The notes: generated by a model not told the origin, from the letters alone. Shown: positions 12,047-22,292, counted from the stretch's first letter. The stretch is DNA of 64,000 bases from Dehalococcoidia bacterium (GCA_965262725.1 OZ253555.1:3264001-3328000); one strand, 5' to 3'. Translations and numbers: made by a program.

Positions 12047-13428
12047 TCCCCCGCTACTCCGTGCCCGAGATGACCGCCGTCTGGAGCGACGAGCAGAAGT
12101 TCCAGCGCTGGCTCGATGTCGAGATCGCGGTCGTCGAGGCGTGGGCCGAGGCCGGCGCCGTCCCGCCGGAAGATGCGCGCACCATCGCCCGCGATGCCCG
12201 TGTCCATGTCCCCGACGTGCTCCGCTATATCGACGAGACGCACCACGACGTGACCGCCTTCCTGCGCTCGGTCGCCGACTCGCTGGGACCCGAGTCGCGC
12301 TGGGTGCACTACGGGCTCACCTCGCAGGATGTCTGGGACACGGCGACCAGCCTGCAGCTCCGAGCGGCGCTCGATCTCCTCGAAGCTGACCTCTCGCGGC
12401 TGTGCGACGTCGTGGCGAGGCGGGCGCTCGAACACCGCGGCACCATCTGCGTCGGCCGCACGCACGGGGTGCACGCGGAGCCGACGACCTTCGGGCTGAA
12501 GCTCGCGGTCTGGTTCGACGAGATACGCCGCCAGCAGGAGCGGCTCGGGAGCGCGCGCGCAACGGTCTCCGTCGGCCAGATGTCCGGCCCCGTCGGGACG
12601 CACGCCACCGTGCCGCCGGCCGTCGAGGAGGCGGCCTGCCGACGCCTCGGGCTCGCCGTGGCGCCCGTCACGACGCAGGTGCTGCAGCGCGATCGGCACG
12701 CGCATCTCGTCTCCGTCCTCGCGGGCGTCGGAGCCTCGCTGGAGCGCTTCGCGACCGAGATCCGCGGGCTCCAGCGCACGGAACTGCGCGAGGCGGAGGA
12801 GCCGTTCGAGGAGGGGCAGACGGGCTCCTCCTCGATGCCCCACAAGCGGAACCCCGAGCTCTCCGAGCGGGTCTGCGGTCTCGCACGCCTGCTGCGCGGC
12901 TACGCCCACGTCGCCCTGGAGAACGTGGCGCTCTGGCACGAGCGCGACATCTCGCACTCGAGCGCCGAGCGGATCGTCCTCCCCGACGCGACGGGACTCC
13001 TCTCCTACGCGCTCCGGCTCTTCACCGGCGTGATGGAGGGGCTACGGGTCTACCCGGAGCGGATGCGTGCCAACCTCGAGTCGACGCGGGGGCTCGTCTA
13101 CTCGCAGCGGGTGCTGCTGGCTCTGATCGAGAGCGGGCTCGCGCGCGAGGAGGCCTACGCCGTCGTACAGAGGCATTCGATGGCAGTGTGGGACGCGCCT
13201 GCGGGCGCATTGGTCGGCCCGCCGACCCTGCGGGAGCTGCTCGCCGCCGATCCCGCGGTCAGGGGGCGCCTCGACGAGGCGCGGCTCGACGAGATCTTCG
13301 ACCCGCGCGCCTACCTCGTGCACGAGGACGAGTCGTTCCGCCGTCTCGGCCTCCTGCCTGAGGCGGCGGCGCCCTCCCCGGGCGCGGACGCCTCACGTGA
13401 CGGAGCCGGGGACCGCGAGGCGTCGTGA
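12043..13428 (+). CDS. purB: adenylosuccinate lyase
   Basis: MIPRYS, HDVTAF, GRTHGVHAEP, GSSSMPHKRNP and WHERDISHSS motifs. Confidence 0.97.
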   Translation: MIPRYSVPEMTAVWSDEQKFQRWLDVEIAVVEAWAEAGAVPPEDARTIARDARVHVPDVLRYIDETHHDVTAFLRSVADSLGPESRWVHYGLTSQDVWDTATSLQLRAALDLLEADLSRLCDVVARRALEHRGTICVGRTHGVHAEPTTFGLKLAVWFDEIRRQQERLGSARATVSVGQMSGPVGTHATVPPAVEEAACRRLGLAVAPVTTQVLQRDRHAHLVSVLAGVGASLERFATEIRGLQRTELREAEEPFEEGQTGSSSMPHKRNPELSERVCGLARLLRGYAHVALENVALWHERDISHSSAERIVLPDATGLLSYALRLFTGVMEGLRVYPERMRANLESTRGLVYSQRVLLALIESGLAREEAYAVVQRHSMAVWDAPAGALVGPPTLRELLAADPAVRGRLDEARLDEIFDPRAYLVHEDESFRRLGLLPEAAAPSPGADASRDGAGDREAS

Positions 13429-14375
13429 CGCTCCCGGAGAACCCGGTCGCCGGGCCGCCGCCCATGCTGGAGAGCCCGCCGGGCGGCGTACGCGCGCCGC
13501 GGCTCGCGAGTGGCAAGGTGCGCGAGATCTACGAGCTCCCCGGCGACCGGCTGCTCCTCGTGGCCACCGACCGCATCTCGGCCTACGACGTGGTCCTGCC
13601 GCAGGGGATCCCGGGCAAGGGGGAGGTGCTGACGCGCCTCTCGGCGCACTGGTTAGAACGGACCCGGGCGGTCGTACCGACCGCCTTCGTCGCCGTGCTC
13701 GATCAGTCGAACGCGAGGGCCCTCGGCGTCGACGCCGACCCGGCCTTCTTCGGCCGATCGATGGTGATGCGGCGGGCCGAGCCGCTCCCCGTGGAGTGCG
13801 TCGTTCGCGGCTACCTCGCGGGCTCGGGGTGGACCGACTACGAGCGTTCGGGCTCCGTCTCCGGGATCGAGCTGGCACCCGGGCTGCGCCACGCCGACCG
13901 CCTCTTCGAGCCGATCTTCACGCCGTCGACGAAGGCCTCCAGTGGGCACGACGAACCCATGACGCTCGAGCAGGTGCAGAGCGCGGTGGGTGCGCAGCGC
14001 GCGGAGGTGCTGCGGCTGCGCTCGCTCGCCCTCTACCGCTACGGGGCGGAGCGCGCGGCGGAGCGCGGTATCCTCGTCGCCGACACGAAGTTCGAGTTCG
14101 GCCTGATCGACGGGGAACCAGTCTTGATCGACGAGGTGCTGACGCCCGACTCCTCGCGATTCTGGCCCGCCGACAGCTACCGACCCGGGGCTCAGCAGGA
14201 GTCGTTCGACAAGCAGCCGTTGCGCGACTGGCTCCTCGCCAGCGGCTGGGATCGGTCGCCGCCTCCGCCCGATCTCCCCCCCGACGTCGTGCGCGCGACC
14301 GCCGATCGCTACCGGCGCGCCTACGAGCTCTTCACCGACCCACCCCCGGCCCGAGCGGCGGGGGCCCTCGCGTGA
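13425..14375 (+). CDS. purC: SAICAR synthetase
   Basis: GKVREIY, TDRISAYD, DTKFEFG and DEVLTPDSSRFW motifs. Confidence 0.96.
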   Translation: MTLPENPVAGPPPMLESPPGGVRAPRLASGKVREIYELPGDRLLLVATDRISAYDVVLPQGIPGKGEVLTRLSAHWLERTRAVVPTAFVAVLDQSNARALGVDADPAFFGRSMVMRRAEPLPVECVVRGYLAGSGWTDYERSGSVSGIELAPGLRHADRLFEPIFTPSTKASSGHDEPMTLEQVQSAVGAQRAEVLRLRSLALYRYGAERAAERGILVADTKFEFGLIDGEPVLIDEVLTPDSSRFWPADSYRPGAQQESFDKQPLRDWLLASGWDRSPPPPDLPPDVVRATADRYRRAYELFTDPPPARAAGALA

Positions 14376-14656
14376 GCCGCTACGTCGCGCACGTCACGGT
14401 GATGCTCAAGCCGCTGGTCAACGATCCGGCGGGGCTCGCTGTGCGCGACGGCCTGCACGCGCTCGGCTTCGACGGCGTCGAGGCGGTCCGCGTGGGCAAG
14501 CGCCTGGAGGTGACTCTCAGCGCCCCCGGCGCCGACGAGGCGACCCGCCGCGTGCGCGCGATGTGCGACCAGCTGCTCGCCAACCCCGTGATCGAGGACT
14601 TCCGCGTCGAGATCGACGGGGCACCCGATACCACCGCGACCCCACACCCGGCCTGA
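14372..14656 (+). CDS. purS: FGAM synthase subunit PurS
   Basis: V.LKP.V.DP.G, VRVGK and LLANPVIEDF motifs. GTGA overlap with purC. Confidence 0.92.
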   Translation: MSRYVAHVTVMLKPLVNDPAGLAVRDGLHALGFDGVEAVRVGKRLEVTLSAPGADEATRRVRAMCDQLLANPVIEDFRVEIDGAPDTTATPHPA

Positions 14657-14753
14657 GGCTGCCGCGGCGCTCCCCCACCCTCCCGCGGATCCGTCGCGTG
14701 CTCCGTGGCGCCGTGTTGAAGCGCGCACTCGGGCCGCGTATCGTCGCGCCACG

Positions 14754-15632
14754 ATGCTCGCGGGCAGCCCCTCCCCCCTGTCGGTCGAGGAGAGCTACGA
14801 GCGGTGCGCGGCGCTCGCCCGATCGCACTACGAGAATTTCACGGTCGCCTCCCGCTTCCTCCCCGTGGAGATGCGCAGGCACCTCTACGCAATCTACGCC
14901 TTCTGCCGGACCGTGGATGACCTCGGCGACGAGCATCCGGGCGACCGGATCCACGCCCTCGACCTCTGGGAGCAGGACCTCCTCCGGTGCTACGGGGGGA
15001 CGCCGCGTCACCCCTACCTGGCAGCCCTGAAGGCGACGGTCGCGCGCTTCGACATCCCCGAGGAGCCGTTCCTGCGGTTGATCGAGGCCAACCGCATGGA
15101 CCAGCGGGTGACCAGGTACCGCACCTACGGCGACCTCGAACGCTACTGCGAGAACTCGGCGAATCCGGTGGGGCGGCTCGTCCTCTACGTCAGCGGCTAC
15201 CGGGACGAACCGCGGCAACTCCTCTCGGACGCCACGTGCACGGCGCTGCAGCTCACCAATTTCTGGCAGGACATCGCCCGCGACCACGAGATGGGTCGCA
15301 TCTATCTCCCGCTCGCGGATCTGGAGCGCTTCGGCTACACCGAGCACGATCTCGACCGCCGCGTCGTCAACGACGCCTTCCGGGAGCTGATGGCGTTCCA
15401 GCTGGAGCGGACGCGGGCGCTCTTTCGCCGGGGTGGGGAGCTCCTCGAGACGCTCGACGGGTGCGTCAGGCTGGACGTGGCGCTCTTCTCCGCGGGTGGC
15501 CTCCGCGTGCTCGAAATGATCGAGGACCGAGGCTACGATGTCCTGAGCAGCCGTCCCGCCCTCTCGGGCACGGCGAAGCTCATCCTGATGGCGAAGACGC
15601 TCGCCAGGCTGAGCGTCCTGCGCAGGGTCTGA
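14754..15632 (+). CDS. hpnC: squalene synthase HpnC
   Basis: HYENF.VAS, YAFCR..DDLGDE, SANPVGRLVL and QLTNFWQD motifs. Confidence 0.92.
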   Translation: MLAGSPSPLSVEESYERCAALARSHYENFTVASRFLPVEMRRHLYAIYAFCRTVDDLGDEHPGDRIHALDLWEQDLLRCYGGTPRHPYLAALKATVARFDIPEEPFLRLIEANRMDQRVTRYRTYGDLERYCENSANPVGRLVLYVSGYRDEPRQLLSDATCTALQLTNFWQDIARDHEMGRIYLPLADLERFGYTEHDLDRRVVNDAFRELMAFQLERTRALFRRGGELLETLDGCVRLDVALFSAGGLRVLEMIEDRGYDVLSSRPALSGTAKLILMAKTLARLSVLRRV

Positions 15633-15643
15633 CGGGCGGTCGC

Positions 15644-16537
15644 ATGGACCCCGCCGAGCGACTCGATCTCAGGCAGGCGTACGATCACTGCCGGCTCATC
15701 ACCAGGACGCACGCGCGCAACTTCTACTACGCCTTCCTGACGCTGCCGGCGCCGAAGCGGCGCGCCATCTATGCGACGTACGCGTTCTGCCGGCTCTGCG
15801 ACGACATCGCCGACGATGACATTCCCGCTGCCAGAAAGCGGGAGATGTTCTCCGACACGAGGCGCCGCCTCGAGCGGATGCTCGAGGCGGACGCGGCCTC
15901 ACCACACCCGATCTTCGATGCCCTGGCCGACACCGCCAGGAGGTACGGGATCCCTGTCGGCTACTTCGAGGAGATACTCGAGGGCGTCGAGATGGACCTG
16001 ACCCAAAGCAGGTTTCGCACCTTCGACGAGCTGAAGGCCTACTGCTACAAGGTCGCCTCCGTCGTCGGCCTGGTGTGCATCGAGATCTTCGAGTACGACG
16101 ACGCGAGGGCCAGGGACTACGCGGTCGCCCTCGGCATCGGAATGCAGCTGACCAACATCATCCGGGACGTTCGGGAAGACGCCGACATGGGTCGGATCTA
16201 TATCCCCGCCGAGGAGATCGCGCTGTACGGCTACTCGGAGGCGGAACTCTTCCGGGGTGTGGTCAACGAGCCGTTCCTCCGGCTGATGAGATTCCAGGCG
16301 GACCGGGCCCGGGAGTACCTGCGCGAGGGACGGCGCCTGCTTCCGCTCCTGGCGGGCCGCTCCCGGGCCTGCCCGGCCGTGCTGCACGACATCTACAGCG
16401 CGGTGCTCGACCGCATCGAGGCGAGCGGCTTCCGGGTGTTCGAGGGGCGCATCGCGCTCAGCACGCGCGAGAAGCTCCTTATCATGGCCAGGACATGGAC
16501 GAGGACTATGCTGCCGCTCCCCGCCCGCGCTCCGTAG
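15644..16537 (+). CDS. hpnD: presqualene diphosphate synthase HpnD
   Basis: NFYYAF, YAFCR.CDD.AD, YCYKVASVVG and QLTNIIRDV.ED motifs. Lies between hpnC and hpnE. Confidence 0.88.
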   Translation: MDPAERLDLRQAYDHCRLITRTHARNFYYAFLTLPAPKRRAIYATYAFCRLCDDIADDDIPAARKREMFSDTRRRLERMLEADAASPHPIFDALADTARRYGIPVGYFEEILEGVEMDLTQSRFRTFDELKAYCYKVASVVGLVCIEIFEYDDARARDYAVALGIGMQLTNIIRDVREDADMGRIYIPAEEIALYGYSEAELFRGVVNEPFLRLMRFQADRAREYLREGRRLLPLLAGRSRACPAVLHDIYSAVLDRIEASGFRVFEGRIALSTREKLLIMARTWTRTMLPLPARAP

Positions 16538-17886
16538 CGGTCCTCGGCGGCGGGCTCGCCGGCCTCTCGGCGTCCCGCACCCTGATGGATCGCGGGCACC
16601 ACGTCACGCTCGTCGAGAAGCGCCGCTTCCTTGGCGGACGGGCCTTTTCGTTCTACGACGAGCAGGCCGGCTCGGAGGTCGACAACGGGCAGCATCTCTT
16701 CATGGGCTGCTGCGACTTCTACCTCGACTTCCTACGCTGGGCGGGCACGCGCGAGCAGGCGTACCTCCAGCCCAGCCTGCGGGTCGATGTCGTCCGCGAC
16801 GGCACGAGCGGGACGATCACGAGCACGCCCGGCCTCGGCCCGCTGCACGTTCTCCCGTCCTTCCTGCGCTACCCCCACCTGAGCGCCCGGGAGAAGCTGC
16901 TCGCGGCCTACGCGCTCCTGCGCATGAAGTACACCGACCGCGCCCGCCACCGGGAGCGGCTGGACGCGGAGAGCGCGTACGACTGGCTCAAGCGGCACCA
17001 CCAGAGCGAGCGGGCCATCGCCAACCTCTGGAACCTGATCATCCTGCCGACTCTGAACGACGACGCGCGAGAGGTCAGCGCGGAGATGGCCCTGATGGTC
17101 TTCCAGGCGGGGCTGCTCCGGACGCCGGCGGACGCCGCTCTCGGCTGGTCCCGGGTGGGCCTCACCGCGCTCGCCGGAACGCCGGCCCACGCTAGGCTCA
17201 GCTCCGGCGGGCACGACGTCCTCGTGGGCGAGACCGTGAGGTCCCTCCGCATCGACCGGGGTCGCGTCGCCGGCGTGGAGCTGGCCGGAGGACGGATCAT
17301 CGAGGCGGACGCGTACGTGAGCGCCCTGCCCTTCGACGTCCTGCTCGACGTTCTCCCGGCCGACGTGGCCTCCGATCCGTTCTTCTCCCGCGCACGCGGG
17401 CTGAGCTTCTCGCCGATAGTCGGCGTCCATCTCTGGTACGACAGGAAGGTCATGGACGGGGACTTCGTCGCCTTTCTCAACAGCCCCGTGCAGTTCGTCT
17501 TCAACAAGAGCGCGATGCAGAAGGCCCCCGCCCGGGACGGGCAGTACGTCTGCATCTCCCTAAGCGGCGCGTGGGAGTTCGCGGGCCTTCGCGCGGAGCG
17601 TCTGCGGGAGATCTTCTCCGGCGAGATGGAGCGGCTTTTCCCGAGGGCACGCGGAGCGCGGATCCGCCGCTACCGCGTCGTGAAGCAGGCGCAGGCGACC
17701 TTCCGTCCCCGGCCGGGGTCCGCCCGGTGCCGGCTCCCCCAGGCGACACCGATCCCCAATCTCTTTCTCGCGGGTGAATGGACTGACACCGGCTGGCCGT
17801 CGACGATGGAGGGGGCCGTGCGGAGCGGGGTGCTCGCCGCCGATCTCGCCGGTGGCGCTCTCCCAGCCGAACACCGCGCCAGCTGA
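16495..17886 (+). CDS. hpnE: hydroxysqualene dehydroxylase HpnE
   Basis: GGGLAG FAD motif, GGRAFS, DNGQH and TGWPSTMEGAVRSG. Confidence 0.9.
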   Translation: MDEDYAAAPRPRSVAVLGGGLAGLSASRTLMDRGHHVTLVEKRRFLGGRAFSFYDEQAGSEVDNGQHLFMGCCDFYLDFLRWAGTREQAYLQPSLRVDVVRDGTSGTITSTPGLGPLHVLPSFLRYPHLSAREKLLAAYALLRMKYTDRARHRERLDAESAYDWLKRHHQSERAIANLWNLIILPTLNDDAREVSAEMALMVFQAGLLRTPADAALGWSRVGLTALAGTPAHARLSSGGHDVLVGETVRSLRIDRGRVAGVELAGGRIIEADAYVSALPFDVLLDVLPADVASDPFFSRARGLSFSPIVGVHLWYDRKVMDGDFVAFLNSPVQFVFNKSAMQKAPARDGQYVCISLSGAWEFAGLRAERLREIFSGEMERLFPRARGARIRRYRVVKQAQATFRPRPGSARCRLPQATPIPNLFLAGEWTDTGWPSTMEGAVRSGVLAADLAGGALPAEHRAS

Positions 17887-18002
17887 CGTCGCCGCCACGC
17901 GGGCGGCGCCGCACAGCGGGGTCGGCGAGGGCTCGCCACGCTGGACGCGCATTTCCGGGCCATGCGACACTCTCCGTGGCGCGCACCGACTCCGAGGAGC
18001 TC

Positions 18003-18908
18003 ATGAAGGTCTATCTCGCCTCACCGCGTGGCTTCTGCGCAGGCGTTGACAGGGCGATCGAGATAGTCGAGATCGCGCTGAGGCGCTTCGGGGCACCCGT
18101 CTACGTCAAGCACCAGCTCGTGCACAGCCCGCACGTTGTCGGCGCCCTGGAGGCGAAGGGGGCGGTCACCGTCGAGGACGTTCGTGATATCCCGGAGGGG
18201 TCGAACGTCGTGTTCTCGGCGCACGGCTCGCCGCCGGATGACTTCGCGGTCGCCCGTGAGAGAAGGCTGAACGTCATCGACGCGACCTGCCCGCTCGTGA
18301 CCAAGGTGCACAACGAGGCGAAGAAGTACAGCCGCACGGGCCGCAACATCATCCTCGTCGGACACGACGGCCACCAGGAGGTGAAGGGGACGATGGGCCA
18401 GGCGCCGATGTTCTTCCTGGACGATCAGGACGGCGCCGGCCTGCCCGGATGGGACGAGGATTCCGAGGTTGCCGTGCTCACGCAAACGACGCTCTCGGTC
18501 GAGGACACGCGCCGCTCCGTCGAGGCGATCCGGGAGCGCTTCGCCAACACCATCGTCCGCGACGACATCTGCTACGCCACCACGAACCGCCAGGACGCCG
18601 TGAAGGCACTATGCGCCCGCGTGGACGCCGTCATCGTCGTCGGCTCGCAGCACAGCTCGAACTGCAACAGGCTGCGCGAGGTGGCCCAAGCCCATGGCAT
18701 CGCGGCGTACCTGATCGGGAGCCCCGAAGAGCTCGACCACGCCTGGCTGCGCGGTGTCGAGTCCGTAGGCGTCACCTCGGGAGCATCCACGCCCGATCAC
18801 CTCGTCCACGGGCTCATCGATGCGCTGGCGCCCGATGAGGTCGAGATCGTCCAGACCGCCGAGGAAGACGTGAGCTTCATCCTGCCGCGCGGGCTTCGCG
18901 AGACGTAG
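18003..18908 (+). CDS. ispH: 4-hydroxy-3-methylbut-2-enyl diphosphate reductase
   Basis: PRGFCAGV, SAHG, DATCPLV, TQTTLS, ICYATTNRQ and SSN motifs. Confidence 0.96.
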   Translation: MKVYLASPRGFCAGVDRAIEIVEIALRRFGAPVYVKHQLVHSPHVVGALEAKGAVTVEDVRDIPEGSNVVFSAHGSPPDDFAVARERRLNVIDATCPLVTKVHNEAKKYSRTGRNIILVGHDGHQEVKGTMGQAPMFFLDDQDGAGLPGWDEDSEVAVLTQTTLSVEDTRRSVEAIRERFANTIVRDDICYATTNRQDAVKALCARVDAVIVVGSQHSSNCNRLREVAQAHGIAAYLIGSPEELDHAWLRGVESVGVTSGASTPDHLVHGLIDALAPDEVEIVQTAEEDVSFILPRGLRET

Positions 18909-18977
18909 TCTGAGGGCACCGACCGCGCTCCCGCGGGATCGCCCCGGGACGTTCGCCGGTCGCGCGGGAGGAGACTC

Positions 18978-20429
18978 CTAGCTCGGGCCCGCCACCGGGA
19001 TGCTCAGCTCGTCGCGTGACCAGGGGCTGCCCGGAATGGACAGCATCTCGCGCAGTTCGCTCTCGAAGAAGAACTCGGATGCACCGAAGGCAGGCTCGAG
19101 CGCGTCGAGCCAGCTCGCGGTGTCGCTGTAACGCGCGAAGAAGGGGCGCCCGACCCAGTCGGGGTTGCGACCCTGCAGCATGCGCAGCGCGATCACGCGC
19201 TCGCCTGCGAACTCCGTGACGCCGAGCACCTGGACCTTCCCCGGCGTCGCCGACATGCTCGGCCCGCGAACCGTGCGCGAATTCCCCCCGACCGCGGCGT
19301 AGGCCTCGCGGAAGATCTCCCAGCACCGCACGAGCGGGAGCTCGAAGTAGCGCCGGGCGCCGGTGTCCCGCTCCACGAAGAGGTAGTACGGGATGCAGCC
19401 GAGCTGCGTCTGGAGCCGCCACATCTCGGCCAGCGTGCCCGCGTCGGCGTTGATGTGCCTGAGCAACGGCGTCTGCGTGCGGATCTGCGCCCCCGTCTCC
19501 CGGACCAGCCGGATCGCCTCCCGGACGATCGGCGTCTCCAGCTCGGTCGGGTGGCTGAAATGGGCCATGAGCGACAGCTGCCGACCGGAGTCGACGACCT
19601 CGCGGAAGAGTGCGAGCAGGTCCTCCGCGTCGTCGTCGGAGACGAAGCGGTGCGGCCAGTAGGCCAGGGCCTTCGAGCCGATTCGGATCGTCGTGATATT
19701 GGGAGCCGCACCGGGCTCAAGCAGCGGAGCAACGTAGCGGCGGAGCACCCGTGTCTTCATGATCAGCGGGTCGCCGCCCGTGAAGAGGATGTCCGACACG
19801 TCCGGGTGCACCTGCACGTAGTCACGCAGGAGGGAGGCCTCGCGCATCGCGAACTTCATCCCAGCGAGGCCGACGAACTGCGGCCAGCGAAAGCAGAACG
19901 TGCAGTAGGCGTGGCAGGTCTGGCCCTGGCTCGGGAAGAAGAGCACGGTCTCGCGGTACTTGTGCTGCATCCCGGGGAGCCGCTTCCCATCGAGGGACGG
20001 AGCGTTGTGGTCGAGCTGGCCGGCGGGGTGTGGATTGAGCGTCATGCGTATCTCGTTCGCCGCCGCCACGACCTCCTCGTGGGGGGCCTTCCGGTGCAAG
20101 AGGCCCTCGAGGCGAGCGTAGGCCTCCGGGGTGAGCATCTCGCGCTTGGGGAACGTGAGCCGGTACATGGGGTCGTCGGGGACCTTGCTCCAGTCGATCA
20201 GGTGATCCACGACGTAGCGATTCGACTTGAACGGGAGCACGTTGCCGACGACCTTGATTTCGTCGCGCAGCTCGGCGGGGAGGCTCGCGAGCTGCGGTAC
20301 CTCCTCGAAGTTGTGGATATTGATCGTCTCGTACGGCTCGTCCGCGTGTTGCTGGAGCGAGAGGGCTCCGCTCTCGCGGTGAGCGGTGTGATCCGAGTGT
20401 CGGGACGGACCGGCGTGGTGGATCGTCAT
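18978..20429 (-). CDS. KamA-family (lysine 2,3-aminomutase-like) radical SAM protein
   Basis: HKY..TVL, CHAYCTFCFR (CxxxCxxC), LFTGGDP, PYYLF and GPSMSA.PGK motifs. Confidence 0.85.
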   Translation of the reverse strand: MTIHHAGPSRHSDHTAHRESGALSLQQHADEPYETINIHNFEEVPQLASLPAELRDEIKVVGNVLPFKSNRYVVDHLIDWSKVPDDPMYRLTFPKREMLTPEAYARLEGLLHRKAPHEEVVAAANEIRMTLNPHPAGQLDHNAPSLDGKRLPGMQHKYRETVLFFPSQGQTCHAYCTFCFRWPQFVGLAGMKFAMREASLLRDYVQVHPDVSDILFTGGDPLIMKTRVLRRYVAPLLEPGAAPNITTIRIGSKALAYWPHRFVSDDDAEDLLALFREVVDSGRQLSLMAHFSHPTELETPIVREAIRLVRETGAQIRTQTPLLRHINADAGTLAEMWRLQTQLGCIPYYLFVERDTGARRYFELPLVRCWEIFREAYAAVGGNSRTVRGPSMSATPGKVQVLGVTEFAGERVIALRMLQGRNPDWVGRPFFARYSDTASWLDALEPAFGASEFFFESELREMLSIPGSPWSRDELSIPVAGPS

Positions 20430-20502
20430 AGAACCCCCTGGTGCAAACGTCGCACATCCGACCTTGCACCCAGGCGGGCAAGAAGAGACATCGTCCCAAG
20501 TG

Positions 20503-20624
20503 CGCCTACGGGGTTAGCTGACGGGTTCGGCGCTTAGGTCGCCTACCGGCACCGCTCGCGGCTCCGGATTCACCCCAACTTCCTGGGTCCCCCGCCCCCG
20601 TCCCGGCGAGACGAGGTTCGGCAC
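20503..20624 (-). ncRNA. cyclic di-AMP (ydaO/yuaA) riboswitch
   Basis: Minus strand reads GCCGAACC...GGGGGACCCA...TTGGGGTGAATC...GTAGG...CCGAACCCGTCAGCTAACCCCGTAGGC, the hallmark conserved blocks of this class. Located in the 5' UTR of the KamA-like gene. Confidence 0.9.
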
Positions 20625-20746
20625 GTCGCACCGTGCGGCGCCTTCACATTGGAGCAGTCCGCGGGCTCCGCCGTCAAGGCGACTCGCGCCGCTTGGATAC
20701 GGCACGGGCGGTGCGGGCGCGCGACCGGGGCCCCACCGAGCGGCCG

Positions 20747-21514
20747 CTAGCGATCCGCGCCCGCCCGACCCAGGAAAACGTCGCGCAGGATGTCGCTCTC
20801 CTCAACAGAGCGGGGCGTGCCCTCGTAGGCGAGGCGCCCCCGATTGAGCACGTAGGCGCGGTCGACGATCTCGAGGACGCCCTTGATGTTGTGCTCGACG
20901 ATCAGGATCGTCGTCTGGAGCCGTTCGCTGATCTCGGCGACCGTCCGGAACACCTCCTTGACCACGATCGGCGCGAGACCGAGCGTGGGTTCGTCGAGCA
21001 GCAACACCTCCGGCCCGGCCATCAGCCCCCTCCCCAGGGCAAGCATCTGCTGCTGGCCGCCGGACATCTCGCTGGCCGAGTCCCTTCGCCTCTGCCGCAG
21101 GATGGGGAAGAGCGCCATCACCGACTCCATCCGGCGCTCCTTCTCCTCGGGATCGTGCACGTGCAGGCACCCCATCTCCAGGTTCTCTTCGATGGAGAGG
21201 TGCCCGAACACACGACGACCTTGAGGGACGTAGGCGATTCCCCGTCTCACGATCTCGTGGGTGGGGCCGAGGAGGCGATCCTCGCGCCAGTAGATCGCTC
21301 CCGAGACCACCGGCGCGAGCCCCATGATCGCCCTGAGCACGGTGGACTTCCCGGCCCCGTTGGGACCCAGCACGGCCACGACCTCGCCCTTCCGGACTCC
21401 CAGGGAGACGTCGTCGAGCGCGACGACCGACCGGTAGCGCACGGAGGTGCCGACCAGCTCCAGGAGCATCGACCCCGCCGCCTGGCCCCCGCCACGACTC
21501 CGCCGCACAGCCAT
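20747..21514 (-). CDS. branched-chain amino acid-type ABC transporter ATPase (LivF-like; start may be 21469)
   Basis: GPNGAGKST, MSGGQQQML and LLLDEPTLGLAP motifs. Confidence 0.9.
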   Translation of the reverse strand: MAVRRSRGGGQAAGSMLLELVGTSVRYRSVVALDDVSLGVRKGEVVAVLGPNGAGKSTVLRAIMGLAPVVSGAIYWREDRLLGPTHEIVRRGIAYVPQGRRVFGHLSIEENLEMGCLHVHDPEEKERRMESVMALFPILRQRRRDSASEMSGGQQQMLALGRGLMAGPEVLLLDEPTLGLAPIVVKEVFRTVAEISERLQTTILIVEHNIKGVLEIVDRAYVLNRGRLAYEGTPRSVEESDILRDVFLGRAGADR

Positions 21515-21539
21515 CGCGATCGCCTGCTCCCGCCGCCCG

Positions 21540-22292
21540 CTACAGCCCCAGGTAGGCGTCGATCACCTCGGGACGACTCAGGACCTCGCCCACCTCCCCC
21601 GCGGCGAGGAGCTCGCCGCTATGGAGCACGATCAGGTGATCGGTCAGCTCGCGCACGATATCCATGTTGTGCGAGACGAAGACGACCGTCCGCCCGTCAT
21701 CCCGCATCTCCCTGAGTATTCCCTTAACCCTCTCCAGCATCTCGGGAAAGAGCCCGGCGAACGGTTCGTCGAAGAGGTAGGTGTCCACCTCCATGGCGAG
21801 GGCGCGGCCGATCTCGAGGAGCTTCCTCTGCCCGTACGAGAGATCCATCGCCAGCGCACGGCGCTTCTCCCACATCCCGACCCGCTCGAGGATCTCGCGC
21901 GCCCTCTCCCGCCGGGCGCCCCGTCGCCGCTCGACGAGCGCCCACAGGAGGCGCCGCTCCGCCAGGACCACCAGGATGTTGTCCAAGACGCTGATCTGGT
22001 CGAAGAGCCGGATCTCCTGGAACGTGCGGGTGATGCCGTGGGATGGATTGTCGTACGCCTTCACGACCGTGAGGCCGACGCCGCCGATGACGACGATCCC
22101 TCCGTCCAGGCTCAGCGTGCCGCTCAGGAGGTTGATGAGCGTCGATTTCCCGGAGCCGTTGGGCCCGACGATGCTCGTCATGCCTCTCCGCGGAATGGAG
22201 AGGCTGAGCTCGTCGATCGCCTTGACTGCGCCGAAGCGCTTCGAGATCCCGATCGTCTCCAGCGCGGCCGCCGGACCCCCGGTGGCGCTCAC
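21540..22292 (-). CDS. ABC transporter ATPase (LivG-like)
   Basis: GPNGSGKST, RTFQ, LSYGQRKLLE and AYLG motifs. Confidence 0.9.
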   Translation of the reverse strand: MSATGGPAAALETIGISKRFGAVKAIDELSLSIPRRGMTSIVGPNGSGKSTLINLLSGTLSLDGGIVVIGGVGLTVVKAYDNPSHGITRTFQEIRLFDQISVLDNILVVLAERRLLWALVERRRGARRERAREILERVGMWEKRRALAMDLSYGQRKLLEIGRALAMEVDTYLFDEPFAGLFPEMLERVKGILREMRDDGRTVVFVSHNMDIVRELTDHLIVLHSGELLAAGEVGEVLSRPEVIDAYLGL

